Shown: one piece after another, positions 26,670-38,839 of the stretch
Numbering within the stretch: the stretch's first letter is position 1
Layout: the number at the start of each line of letters is the position of its first letter
NCBI GenBank assembly: GCA_041937175.2
Contig: CP166615.1
Location: forward strand, 3,168,001 to 3,232,000
Direction of reading: 5' to 3'
DNA from: Limnothrix sp. BL-A-16
GTDB taxonomy: Bacteria; Cyanobacteriota; Cyanobacteriia; CACIAM-69d
Length of the DNA: 64,000 nucleotides
Position numbers and translations under genes: made by a program
The notes under the pieces: model-generated
The model's database searches: none
The model's input: only the letters and a program-made list of their open reading frames with translations
What the model was told of the DNA's origin: nothing

Positions 26670-29558
26670 CTAGCAAAGGGGATGGCGAGCCGATTGGGAA
26701 CGGGGCAAGGAACGAATGGCCGGTGGCAATCCGGCATTGAGAAACAGACCGGCTTCCTCGGCGGGCACGGCTCTGGAGAATAAATAGCCCTGGCCAAAGC
26801 CGCAGCCCAAGTCTCGCAGGTGATCAATTTGGGGCTGGGTTTCAATGCCCTCGGCAATGACGCTGAGGCCCAAATCGTTGGCTAAACCGATGACGGCACG
26901 GACGATCGCCGCGTCGCGCTGATTTTCGAGCATGGCTTGAATGAACGATCGCTCGATTTTGATCGAGTCGATCGGGAATTCCCGCAAATAGTTGAGGGAG
27001 CAGTAGCCCGTGCCAAAGTCATCGAGGCAAATTTTAATCCGCCGTTCCCGCAGTCGATCGAGACAGGCACGGCTGGCGTTGGGATCCAGCGCCAAGGAGG
27101 TTTCGGTGATCTCTAGGCGCAGTTCATAGCCTTCCAGGTCGTAGGCATCCATCAGCACTTCAATCAGGTCGGCCAATTCGGGAACCAGTTGCCGGGCCGA
27201 AAGGTTGACATTCACCCAAATGGGGAACACTTCGGGCATTTGGGTTTTCCAGATGGCAATTTGCTTGCAAGCGGACTGCAACACCCAATTCCCGATCGGG
27301 ACGATCGCCCCGCGATCTTCCGCTAACCCAATGAAAGAAGCGGGCATCATTAACCCGTGGCGCGGGTGTTGCCAACGAATCAGGCTTTCAAACCCCACAA
27401 TCGATCGGGAGTCGAGGGAAACAATCGGTTGGTAATGCAAACAAAATTCCCGCCGCTCGATCGCCCAGCGCAAATCCGTTTCCAGTTGCAAGAGCTGTTC
27501 CGTGTCCGATTGCAGGGCCGCATCAAAAATCACAAAACTGCCATTTCGCTGTTGTTTGGCCCGATGCAAGGCCGCATCCGCATCGCGCAAAATCCGATAG
27601 GGTTGGTCGGGGCGCGAATCTCCGTGGGAATCGGGGCGGCAAACAATGCCCATGCTCGCTTGCAAAAACACATCACGCCCATCCACCACAAAGGGATCGC
27701 GAAACACATCCTGAAGGCGGTGGGCGGCGGCCTTGGCGGCGGCCAACTGCCCCTCGTCGGAGGTGGCGGCGGACTCCACCAACACCACAAACTCATCACC
27801 CCCCGTGCGAGCCAGCACGTAATCGGGGGAAATGGCCTTTTCCAAACGGCCCGCCAGCATCATCAGCAGCCGATCGCCCACCCAATAGCCCAGACTGTTG
27901 TTAATCCGTTTGAAGCCGTCAATATCCAAGAACAACAACACAAAGCGAAACTGCGGATCGCGCCGCCCCCGAGACACCGCTTCCACCAACCGCTCCAAAA
28001 ACCAAGACCGATTCCACAGGCCCGTCAGCACATCATGGGAGGAGTTGTATTGCAATTGGGCTTCTACCCATTTGCGGGAGGTGATGTCTAGCAGGCATCC
28101 TTCGTAATAGAGCAATCGTCCGTTGCGATCGCGCACGGCTTGGGCCCGTTGATCCACCCAAATGCGTTGGCCGTCTTGGCAATAGACCTGACATTCAAAG
28201 TTGCAAGCATCCTGACTTTGTTCCAACAGCTCTAGGAAGCGCACTTCATCGGCCGGGCGCACGTAGAGGCGGCGATCGGTGGCATTCAGGGCCCGCAGGG
28301 CCGCCTCAGGAGACTCATAGCCCAAAATGGCCGCAAAGGCAGGATTGGCATGGAGATAGCGACCATCGGGAGACACCTGAAAAATCCCCTCGATCGCCCG
28401 TTCAAATAGGTTGCGGTAGCGGGCTTCGGCCTGTTTGTGCTGCAAAATGGGCCCCAGTTGGGCGGTGACGATCGCCAACCGGTTCAGCAAGGTTAAGTCC
28501 CGCTCTCGGGGGCTGGTGGCAAACAAAGTCAGCACCGCCAACACATGATCGCCGGTCAGAATGGGCAACACCACGCTCGATCGCAAGCCCACCCCCAGGG
28601 CCATTTGGCTGCGGCTGCAATGGTCGATCGACTCCAGCTCATAGTTGCTGATCCATTCCGGGCGTTTGGTTTGCCAAACTCGTCCCGGTGGCTGGCAACC
28701 CAGTTTCAGGGTCAAATCCAAGCTAGCCTGCCGAAACAAGTTCACCCCCTCGATCGCACAGAACCAAGCGGGGCTGCAAACCAACGACGCACCATCTAGG
28801 CTGGGCACCCAAGCTTCGCCCGCAACCCAGCCGGTTTCTTGGCCCAACACTTGCAACGCTTCTTCCAAAGCGGAGTCAAAATCAGCCGCTGCACTGGTCA
28901 CGGCCACAACCCGGTTCCACAAATCGGCATAGGCCGGGGATTGGGCTTCGGCTAAGGATGAAGCTGCCGCCTCTGCAACGGTGGAAGGGCAAGATTCCGC
29001 ACTGGCTGCACCACCCATGGGCCCCATGGAACGGTTGCCCCCCTGCACCACCCCATCCCCCAACGCCTCAGGATTGGCATGGGCCAGAAAACGGGGCAAT
29101 CGGAGCGATCGGGGAAATTGGGGCGATCGAACCCGAGGCCAGCGCCACCGGCCCAACGAACCAGGAACCGCCCCCAAGGAATCCGCCGCCATCAGGCTTG
29201 GATCCAACACCTTCAGCAGGCGATGGCGCAAGAGGCGATCGCTCAGCCACAGCACCAGGGACAAACCCGTTAAGCCCAGGGGGCCCCACAATTCCGTGTA
29301 GGGGCTGCGAGGCGGCAATTCTGCGGGCCAAGGGGTTGTGGGCGTTGGGCCTGTTCCCAAATCTCGGGGCGATCGCGCCATGGCCGATCGCCCCACCCCC
29401 TCAACACAACCCAAGCAGACCACCAAGGCCACAGCCAGCCCTAACGGGAGAACCGATCGTTGCGGACGACTTTTACCCCCCGGCCGCCGGATTCGGCAGC
29501 TCGATCGGTGATTTTGTTGACTGCGCACTACACCCCAACCATTTCGTCCTTGAGTCAT
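26670..29558 (-). CDS. Membrane-anchored GAF-PAS-GGDEF-EAL c-di-GMP enzyme
   Basis: GAF, PAS (EGIFQ..YYEGCLLDIT), TGGDEF, ESLIRW, DDFGTG, AEGIET, QGYLFS. Confidence 0.9.
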   Translation of the reverse strand: MTQGRNGWGVVRSQQNHRSSCRIRRPGGKSRPQRSVLPLGLAVALVVCLGCVEGVGRSAMARSPRDLGTGPTPTTPWPAELPPRSPYTELWGPLGLTGLSLVLWLSDRLLRHRLLKVLDPSLMAADSLGAVPGSLGRWRWPRVRSPQFPRSLRLPRFLAHANPEALGDGVVQGGNRSMGPMGGAASAESCPSTVAEAAASSLAEAQSPAYADLWNRVVAVTSAAADFDSALEEALQVLGQETGWVAGEAWVPSLDGASLVCSPAWFCAIEGVNLFRQASLDLTLKLGCQPPGRVWQTKRPEWISNYELESIDHCSRSQMALGVGLRSSVVLPILTGDHVLAVLTLFATSPRERDLTLLNRLAIVTAQLGPILQHKQAEARYRNLFERAIEGIFQVSPDGRYLHANPAFAAILGYESPEAALRALNATDRRLYVRPADEVRFLELLEQSQDACNFECQVYCQDGQRIWVDQRAQAVRDRNGRLLYYEGCLLDITSRKWVEAQLQYNSSHDVLTGLWNRSWFLERLVEAVSRGRRDPQFRFVLLFLDIDGFKRINNSLGYWVGDRLLMMLAGRLEKAISPDYVLARTGGDEFVVLVESAATSDEGQLAAAKAAAHRLQDVFRDPFVVDGRDVFLQASMGIVCRPDSHGDSRPDQPYRILRDADAALHRAKQQRNGSFVIFDAALQSDTEQLLQLETDLRWAIERREFCLHYQPIVSLDSRSIVGFESLIRWQHPRHGLMMPASFIGLAEDRGAIVPIGNWVLQSACKQIAIWKTQMPEVFPIWVNVNLSARQLVPELADLIEVLMDAYDLEGYELRLEITETSLALDPNASRACLDRLRERRIKICLDDFGTGYCSLNYLREFPIDSIKIERSFIQAMLENQRDAAIVRAVIGLANDLGLSVIAEGIETQPQIDHLRDLGCGFGQGYLFSRAVPAEEAGLFLNAGLPPAIRSLPRSQSARHPLC

Positions 29559-29766
29559 GCCTGCCCCTACTTATCAGCGACATCAGCCCTAGTTTTGGTA
29601 ATCCCGGGCCGTCGTTTTTGAGTGCTAGCCAGCCATCGCTCATCGATCGTCTACCCCATGGTCGATCGGGAATAACCCAACCAACGCTTTGCAGAATTGG
29701 CGAAAAATCGATTGGCGTTTGGGATTAGCGTTCAATTTTTCGCGCCCAGCTTTTAGTGTCCTCTAT

Positions 29767-30858
29767 TTAAATTGTGACCTTCAAAGCATGATCTTTGGCC
29801 AGTCGTTGATCGCGCCGCACCAACCGACCGTTAAACCCAACAATTTCCCGAGGTAGCTGATCATCACGCAGGGAGCGGAAAGGATTGAGTTGATAACTGC
29901 TATACCGCAAATTGGGAGATCCAAACCGTGCATCAATGACGGTCAAAGTACGGATTGGAGTGCTAGAGGTGCCCAGCCACGATCGCGCACCGCCTCCCAA
30001 ACATCCCAGGTGTAATAGATCGACCGTACCCATGCGCGCCGGAAAGTAAGCATGGTGATGGCCCGTGATGTAGGCCGTGACTTGGGCCCGTTCCAAGAGC
30101 GATTGCACTTGGGTGGTGTCTCGCAACACATTTCCCGGCTGGTTGCGTTGGGGAGTAACCGCATGGAGTGGCATATGACCCAACAACAATCGCACCTGGG
30201 CTGCTCGGCCGACTTCTGAGGTAAACAACTGCTCAGCCCGTAATAATTGTTCCGTACTAATGACGGGCCCCGAAGCATCCCAGGAGACAATTAGGGCATT
30301 TCCCATCCGAAATGCATAAAAAAAAGGGAACCAGGCATCATCCACCCAGTCCCAATTCATTGTTGATCGCTGCCTTCGCCAATAGGCTGCGGCTTCGTTT
30401 CGATCGAGTGCATATTTAAAAGTTCGATCGGGCAAGGTGATGTTTGAAGCGTCGTGATTGCCCAAGGTGAACGCAAAGGGAATCCCCCCTTGGCGCAGCG
30501 GTTGATAGATGGTGCGATCGAAACCGGCCCACATGGCTTGGAACTGCGATCGGGTGAGGCCCAGCTTTTGGCCCGCCACCATGTCCCCGCCACAAACCAC
30601 CAAATCCGGCTGCCAGCGCTGAATCAGGGCGATCGCCTGATGAACCTCCGCGCGGTAATCCGTTTCGCCATAGCCATTGTTCAGATCGCTGATGGCAATG
30701 ATCCGCAAATCACCCCGATCGGGTGGGGGCGTTTGCTCCAAATTGGGAGGACTTTGGGCCCAGGTGCGATCGGCCCGTTGCAGCCAGGTCGCCGCCCCCG
30801 TGGCCAGCACACCACCGGTCAATAGATTTTGAACAAACTGACGACGGGATTGAGTCAC
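29767..30858 (-). CDS. Tat-exported calcineurin-like metallophosphoesterase
   Basis: SRRQFV Tat motif; ISDLN, GGD, GNHD, GHHH. Confidence 0.88.
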   Translation of the reverse strand: MTQSRRQFVQNLLTGGVLATGAATWLQRADRTWAQSPPNLEQTPPPDRGDLRIIAISDLNNGYGETDYRAEVHQAIALIQRWQPDLVVCGGDMVAGQKLGLTRSQFQAMWAGFDRTIYQPLRQGGIPFAFTLGNHDASNITLPDRTFKYALDRNEAAAYWRRQRSTMNWDWVDDAWFPFFYAFRMGNALIVSWDASGPVISTEQLLRAEQLFTSEVGRAAQVRLLLGHMPLHAVTPQRNQPGNVLRDTTQVQSLLERAQVTAYITGHHHAYFPARMGTVDLLHLGCLGGGARSWLGTSSTPIRTLTVIDARFGSPNLRYSSYQLNPFRSLRDDQLPREIVGFNGRLVRRDQRLAKDHALKVTI

Positions 30859-30890
30859 AATGACGGCCTCTGGGGGGTAATCAACCGTGA

Positions 30891-30950
30891 TTGATTAACT
30901 TGCTTGATTAACTTGACTGATTAACTTGACTGATTAACTTGCTTGATTAA
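30891..30950. repeat. 13-bp tandem repeat (about 4.6 copies)
   Basis: (T/C)TGATTAACTTG(C/A) repeated between aroK and the phosphoesterase. Confidence 0.85.
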
Positions 30951-31552
30951 TTTTCGGTGGAGCCAGTCACCTCCGGCCGCAAGACTCCGCGAATGCCCAC
31001 CAGAATTTGATCCACCACTTGGGCGGGGGACTGCTCCGGCTCGATCGCCACTTGCAAGTCCGCTTGGGCATATTGGGCCGATCGACGATCGCGCAATTCC
31101 GCCAAGGCCGCCACCGGGTCGGACGACTGCAACAGGGGCCGCTGGGCAATTTCGGCCGGATCCGCCTGCAAGCGGCCCACGATCGTTTCCAGGGCTGGAT
31201 CTAACCAAATCACCAATCCATGGCGCAAATAACCCCAATTTTCCGGTTGGGTGACAATGCCGCCCCCGGTTGCCACCACCAATCGCTTATAGGCGGACAG
31301 TTGCGCCAAAACCTGAGTTTCCAGTTGGCGAAAGGCCGCCTCGCCTTCGGTAGCAAAAATTTGGGCGATCGACTGGCCCGCAGCCTGCTCAATCAACTGA
31401 TCTGTGTCAAAAAAGCGATAATCCAGGGCGGCAGCTAACTGGCGGCCGGTGCTGCTTTTTCCTGACCCCATTAGCCCGACTAAATACAGACTGGTGCCAC
31501 GAATCAAGGTGGCGAGATGTTGGGGATTGGGTGGATCGGAAAAGTCAGTCAT
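30947..31552 (-). CDS. aroK: Shikimate kinase
   Basis: [34 protein letters not shown]. Confidence 0.95.
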   Translation of the reverse strand: MTDFSDPPNPQHLATLIRGTSLYLVGLMGSGKSSTGRQLAAALDYRFFDTDQLIEQAAGQSIAQIFATEGEAAFRQLETQVLAQLSAYKRLVVATGGGIVTQPENWGYLRHGLVIWLDPALETIVGRLQADPAEIAQRPLLQSSDPVAALAELRDRRSAQYAQADLQVAIEPEQSPAQVVDQILVGIRGVLRPEVTGSTEN

Positions 31553-31664
31553 GGGACAAGGCAAAAAATGGTGCGGTCTATCGTGCGGTTGCTATAGAAC
31601 ACGATAAGGCAGGACAGAACAAGCCAGAACTAGACAAAATTAGACAAAACTACGAACCAGATCA

Positions 31665-32552
31665 ATGAATCACTCAGAAAGTCTGTGGGGGGCGGCTTGG
31701 CGACGATTTTGTCGCGATCGGCTGGCCCTGTTTGGGCTAATTTGCCTGGGGGCGATCGGGTTGGCGGCCCTGGTGGGCCCGTGGCTCTATCCCCTTTCGC
31801 CCACGGACTTGGACTATGGCCGCGCCTACCAAGGCCCCAGCCTGGCCCATTGGTTGGGCACGAACGATCGGGGGCAGGATTTGTTGGCGCGGGTGCTGTC
31901 CGGTGGGCGGGTGTCCCTGACGGTGGGCATTGCCTCGATGCTGGTGGCGGTCACCCTGGGCACGACGATCGGGGCGGTGGCGGGGTTCTATGGCGGCTGG
32001 GTGGATGGGCTGTTGATGCGGCTCACGGATTTGTTTTTGGCCTTGCCTCAGTTGCCCCTGTTGTTGCTGCTGATTTATCTGTTTCGGGAACCGTTGCGGG
32101 CGATCGCGGGGCCAGAATTGGGGATTTTTCTGCTGGTGATTGGGGCGATCGGTGGGCTGAACTGGATGAGCGTGGCGCGGTTAATTCGGGCTAATTTTCT
32201 GACCCTGCGAGAACAAAATTTCGTGTTGGCGGCCTATGCCTTGGGGGCCCGATCGGGCTGGTTAATTTGGCGGCATATTTTGCCCAACGCGATCGGCCCG
32301 GCCATTGTTGCGGCTTCCTTGGCGGTGGGCACGGCCATTTTGACGGAATCGACCCTGAACTTTTTGGGGCTGGGCTTTCCGCCCGATGTGCCCACTTGGG
32401 GGCGAATGCTCTACGATGCCCAGAATTTTTTGGAAACCGCGCCGCATATGGCCATTTTTCCGGGGCTGGCGATTTTTATGACGGTTTTAAGCGCCAATTT
32501 CATCGGGGATGGGCTGCGGGATGCGATCGACCCACAACAGCGATCGTCCTGA
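31665..32552 (+). CDS. Peptide/nickel ABC transporter permease (OppC/DppC family)
   Basis: HWLGTNDRGQDLLAR, EAA-like loop, HILPN, NFIGDGLRDAIDP. Confidence 0.92.
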   Translation: MNHSESLWGAAWRRFCRDRLALFGLICLGAIGLAALVGPWLYPLSPTDLDYGRAYQGPSLAHWLGTNDRGQDLLARVLSGGRVSLTVGIASMLVAVTLGTTIGAVAGFYGGWVDGLLMRLTDLFLALPQLPLLLLLIYLFREPLRAIAGPELGIFLLVIGAIGGLNWMSVARLIRANFLTLREQNFVLAAYALGARSGWLIWRHILPNAIGPAIVAASLAVGTAILTESTLNFLGLGFPPDVPTWGRMLYDAQNFLETAPHMAIFPGLAIFMTVLSANFIGDGLRDAIDPQQRSS

Positions 32553-32611
32553 GGTCGCCCTGACGATCGCCCAGTTACCCTGTTTGAATAGGAACAGCGT
32601 TTTCATTACCC

Positions 32612-33961
32612 ATGGGCGATCGCATGATTCGACAGTTGACGGCGAGCCTGGCAGCCGTAATGGTGGGCAGCACGATCGCGCCGCCGGGTTGGGCCAGCCA
32701 GCCCAGCGAACCCGTCACCCCCGCCAACGTGGTCAACAAAATCGAAGCGTTGTGGGAGGGGGAATACGAACGCCAATTCAACCGCGACTTACCCGCCCGA
32801 CGCATTTCGGCGGCGATTGTCTCAGAGCAGTTGCGGGAAATGGAACGGCGCACCGGCCAGCGATCGGCGCTGCTGTACATGATGCCCCGGGACAACGATG
32901 TGGAATTGGTGTTGGTCACCGGCCGCAGCGAACCCAGAATTGAAATCATTCCCGGCGCGTCCCAAGCAACCGTCAATGAAGCGGTGAAGCTGCTGACCGT
33001 TGCGATCACCAACCCGGTGCAGCGAAACGGGGTGAACTATTTACCCTATGCAAGACGCTTGCACAATTGGCTGATTGCCCCGATCGAGTCACAGCTCCAG
33101 GCGGAAGGGATTGAGCTGCTGATTTTTTGCCCTGGGGAGGGGCTGCGATCGGCTCCCTTGGCAGCCCTGCACGATGGCCAGCGCTTTTTGATTGAAAAAT
33201 ACGCGATCGCTCGAATTCCCGGCTTCAGTCTCTTTGATCCACAAGCGGGCAACCTCCAGCGATCGCGGGTGCTGGCCATGGGCGCGTCGCAATTTGAAGA
33301 CACCACCAACCTCAGCCCCTTGCCCGGCGTGCCGATCGAGCTGGAAGCAATTGTGGGCAACGGAGATCGGCCCGGTCTGTGGCCCGGTCGTTATTTCTTG
33401 AACAACCAGTTCACCTTGGGCGCGTTGCAACGGGAACGCCAACGCAGCGACTACGGCATTGTGCATTTGGCGACCCATGCGGAATTCAAAGCCGGTCGCC
33501 CCGAAGCGTCGTTTATTCAGTTTTGGCAAGAGCGATTGAGCTTGGCACAAATCCAGGCGATCGACTGGATCAGCAAGCCGGTGGAATTGTTGGTGCTCAG
33601 TGCTTGTCGAACCGCCGTGGGCGATCGGGAGGCGGAGTTGGGCTTTGCGGGCATGGCGATCGCGTCCGGGGTCAAAGCCTCGATCGCCAGTCTTTGGTAC
33701 GTGAGCGATCGGGGAACCCTGGCCCTGATGAACGAGTTTTATCGCCAATTGCGCCAGGCCCCCACCAAGTCAGAAGCCCTGCGCCAAGCCCAATTGGCCC
33801 TCCTGCGCGGCCAGGTGCGCATTGAGGGCAATGAGTTACGCGGCTCCGGGGCCCGGGGTGGCACGGTGTTTCTGCCGCCGGATATTGCGGCCACCGGCCA
33901 GGAACTGCTATCGCACCCCTACTATTGGGCCGCGTTCACCGTCATCGGCAATCCTTGGTAG
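32612..33961 (+). CDS. Stand-alone CHAT domain protein with putative signal peptide
   Basis: VHLATHAEF, LLVLSACRTA, ASLWYVSD, HPYYWAAF; alternative ATG at 32624. Confidence 0.88.
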   Translation: MGDRMIRQLTASLAAVMVGSTIAPPGWASQPSEPVTPANVVNKIEALWEGEYERQFNRDLPARRISAAIVSEQLREMERRTGQRSALLYMMPRDNDVELVLVTGRSEPRIEIIPGASQATVNEAVKLLTVAITNPVQRNGVNYLPYARRLHNWLIAPIESQLQAEGIELLIFCPGEGLRSAPLAALHDGQRFLIEKYAIARIPGFSLFDPQAGNLQRSRVLAMGASQFEDTTNLSPLPGVPIELEAIVGNGDRPGLWPGRYFLNNQFTLGALQRERQRSDYGIVHLATHAEFKAGRPEASFIQFWQERLSLAQIQAIDWISKPVELLVLSACRTAVGDREAELGFAGMAIASGVKASIASLWYVSDRGTLALMNEFYRQLRQAPTKSEALRQAQLALLRGQVRIEGNELRGSGARGGTVFLPPDIAATGQELLSHPYYWAAFTVIGNPW

Positions 33962-34031
33962 CGTCTGGCCCCGCAAAGGATGCCTAAACAGCCACCATCA
34001 CAACTCTGTGCGCCCCCAAGATCAACCCAGA

Positions 34032-34051
34032 CAAGGGGCTTAAGCCCCTTG
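34032..34051. repeat. 20-bp palindrome CAAGGGGCTTAAGCCCCTTG (empty site)
   Basis: Perfect palindrome between convergent genes. Confidence 0.85.
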
Positions 34052-34116
34052 CCCCCAGGACGGTTGATGCTTGGATTGATGCTTATGTTGGTATCGATCA
34101 ATCGCCCATCAGAGGG

Positions 34117-34557
34117 TCAATCGCCCATCAGGGGGTCGATCGCCCCGGGGCCCGTAATGCATTTAGTGATGTAGTCATTCACTAGGTGATAGGCTTCGGC
34201 GTTGAGTTCCGGGTGCAACACCATGTCTTGGCCATTGTCCGGCAACCAAAACACCAGCCGCCCATTAGCCGATCGGGAAAAGGCCCGAATCGTTTTCAGA
34301 TTGATGGTGTATTCCCGTCGATCGTAAACCAAACTCACCCAGTAACAGTCGGCGTTGGCATCCGGCAGGCGATCGATAAATTCCATCACCTGCCGGTAGG
34401 CCGTTGGATGATCCTGGGGAACCAAGACAACGGGCATGGCAGAGTCCGGCAGCCAAAACGAGATCCGCTGGCTGCTGTCACGCGCAAAAAACCGAATACT
34501 CGCCAAATTCACGAGATATTCGTTGCGTTCGTAGGAAAACTGAATCCAATGTGCCAC
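34117..34557 (-). CDS. Hypothetical protein made of two tandem copies of a ~70-aa domain
   Basis: HWIQFSYERNEYLVNL..ISFWLPD and YWVSLVYDRREYTINL..LVFWLPD. Confidence 0.75.
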   Translation of the reverse strand: MAHWIQFSYERNEYLVNLASIRFFARDSSQRISFWLPDSAMPVVLVPQDHPTAYRQVMEFIDRLPDANADCYWVSLVYDRREYTINLKTIRAFSRSANGRLVFWLPDNGQDMVLHPELNAEAYHLVNDYITKCITGPGAIDPLMGD

Positions 34558-34602
34558 AGCCGCGCGATCGCCCGAACGACATCAACCTTACTCTACAAGA
34601 CT

Positions 34603-36530
<1,928 letters not shown>

Positions 36531-36620
36531 TCAATTCTGCCATAGGGCCTTGGTGCGATCGCTGGGATTTTAGGGCGATCGCCCCTGGCCCCAGGCACTC
36601 AAAACGCTCAGTCTCCCTTG

Positions 36621-38048
36621 CTAATCGGCGGCGATCGTGTGAATTTTCAGGAAATTGGTACTCCCGGCCTTGCCAAAGGGGACACCGCCCATCACCAAAA
36701 CCTTATCCCCCGGCGCTGCATATTGACGAGCCAACAAATCTTGCTCCACCAGCGCCAACGCAGAGGCCAACGTTTCCCCATTAAATCCCTTCAGCAAAAT
36801 GGGCCTGACTCCCCAACTTAAACTCAAGCGGTGATAAACCTTGGGATCGGGCGTATAGGCAACGATGGCGGTTTTAGGACGTTCCGCCGATGCCAGTTGG
36901 GCGGTGTATCCCGTTTCGGTGAAGGCCACAATGCATTGCAAATCGATCGTTTCATCGATCGCGTGCAGGGCTTCACTGATGGCATCCGTATCCTCATTTT
37001 GATTGGGTGGATAGTTCACAAATTGAATCGAGGGTTCCACCTCCGTGGCAATCCGCGCCAACATTTTCACAGACTCGATCGGGTAGCTGCCCACCGCCGA
37101 TTCACCGGACAACATCACCGCATCCGTACCATCCATAATCGCATTCGCCACATCACTGGCCTCCGCCCGCGTGGGTCGCGGATTATGGATCATGCTGTCC
37201 AACATTTGGGTTGCCGTAATCACCGGAATTCCCTTTTGATTACAGAGGCGAATGATCTGTTTTTGAATCAGGGGCACTTTCTCCGGGCGCATTTCCACTC
37301 CCAAGTCCCCTCGCGCCACCATCACCGCATCACATTCATCAATAATTGCCTGCAAATTGGCGATCGCCTGCGGTTTTTCCAACTTGGCCAACACCGGAAT
37401 TTCCGCGCCCCGAGCCGCCAACAATGCCTTCAAAACCTGCACATCTTCTGGCTTGCGCACAAAGCTCAAAGAAATCAGATCAACCCCCTGCGCAATCCCA
37501 AATTCCAAATCCCGTTTATCTTTGTCGGTAATGGAAGGTAACTGCAAATCTAGGCTGGGAAAATTCACCCCTTTGCGACTTTTGAGAATGCCACCTTCGA
37601 TGACCTGGCAATGAACCGCATGACCATCAATCTGTTGCACAGATAACTCCAACAGCCCGTCATCCAGCAACACTTGCGTGCCGGGTTCCGCTTCAGCAGC
37701 CAAGTGGGGATAGTCAATGCCAACGGTGTTGGGTTGATTTTGATACTCCGCGATCGGGACGAGGGTTAAAACTTCTCCTTCTATGAGGGGCATGCCTTCG
37801 GGTGGTAAATCACCCACGCGGATTTTTGGCCCTTGCAAATCTTGTAGCAACATCAGAGGCAAATCCAGTTCTTCGGACGCTTGCCGCAGTCGCCAAATTC
37901 GCTCCGCATGATCATCATAGTGACCATGGGAAAAATTCAACCGCGCCACATTCATGCCCGCCAACAGCATTTTGCGGATCATCTCTGGAGAATCGCTGGC
38001 CGGCCCGATCGTGGCCACAATTTTGGTGCGATGGGTTAACGGTTTCAT
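36621..38048 (-). CDS. pyk: Pyruvate kinase
   Basis: RTKIVATIGPAS, ARLNFSHG, DLQGPKIR, MVARGDLG, ATQMLDSM, MLSGESA. Confidence 0.97.
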   Translation of the reverse strand: MKPLTHRTKIVATIGPASDSPEMIRKMLLAGMNVARLNFSHGHYDDHAERIWRLRQASEELDLPLMLLQDLQGPKIRVGDLPPEGMPLIEGEVLTLVPIAEYQNQPNTVGIDYPHLAAEAEPGTQVLLDDGLLELSVQQIDGHAVHCQVIEGGILKSRKGVNFPSLDLQLPSITDKDKRDLEFGIAQGVDLISLSFVRKPEDVQVLKALLAARGAEIPVLAKLEKPQAIANLQAIIDECDAVMVARGDLGVEMRPEKVPLIQKQIIRLCNQKGIPVITATQMLDSMIHNPRPTRAEASDVANAIMDGTDAVMLSGESAVGSYPIESVKMLARIATEVEPSIQFVNYPPNQNEDTDAISEALHAIDETIDLQCIVAFTETGYTAQLASAERPKTAIVAYTPDPKVYHRLSLSWGVRPILLKGFNGETLASALALVEQDLLARQYAAPGDKVLVMGGVPFGKAGSTNFLKIHTIAAD

Positions 38049-38175
38049 ATCATTCTTGCCTAACTGACAATACCGGCATCAAATGCGGAACCTGAAGCGA
38101 TTCACCCTAACGCAATATTCCTCATGATTCAGATCCAATCATTCAGATCAGAACAGCGGCAACTTCAGCACCTTT

Positions 38176-38219
38176 AGCAACATTAATGTTGAATAATGAA
38201 ATTAAACGTTAATGTTGCT
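38176..38219. promoter_or_regulatory. Inverted-repeat operator candidate upstream of pyk
   Basis: AGCAACATTAATGTT-N14-AACGTTAATGTTGCT (15-bp IR, 1 mismatch). Confidence 0.4.
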
Positions 38220-38839
38220 GATGGATAGCAAATTGCGCCATGGGAATTGATCGCGGATCCCTAAAAATTGGATCATCGATACCCCAATCTTGGTTTTAAA
38301 GACCGAGAACTGTCAATAAAGAAATTAGGAAGATTTGCTTACTGTGCTCTGCAATACCAAACTTGCGGAATTGATCGTGAATTCAATTTATTATTAAATT
38401 TCATGTTAAATCTATGATTATATTCATCATTAAATTTGTTCATTCAATCATTTGTCTATAGGGTGAACAATGCTCACCAATTAACTGCTTGATGGTAGTA
38501 AAAATATGAATTGCTAATTCATTTTAAGAAAAGATTTTCTTCATGTATTGATTAATTTTTTGAGATGAGTAACTATTTAATTTGAAATCAGAATTATCAA
38601 CTCAAGTTTTTTGATTTCTTACGCTGATTCTAAATTTTTACGCCAATTCAGGGATTGCGTGATTTTCGGAATGCTATCTTAATCAGGTCATTGACAGACC
38701 GCCTATTGAACTAATGATCATGAATAAACTATCGGAAATTGCGAATGCGGTCATTTTTGTGGCGCTGCTGAGTTTTATTGGCTTGAGTCTGTTTCGGATT
38801 GGAGCCCATTTTTGGCCGATCGTGACAGGAGGTTAGGGG

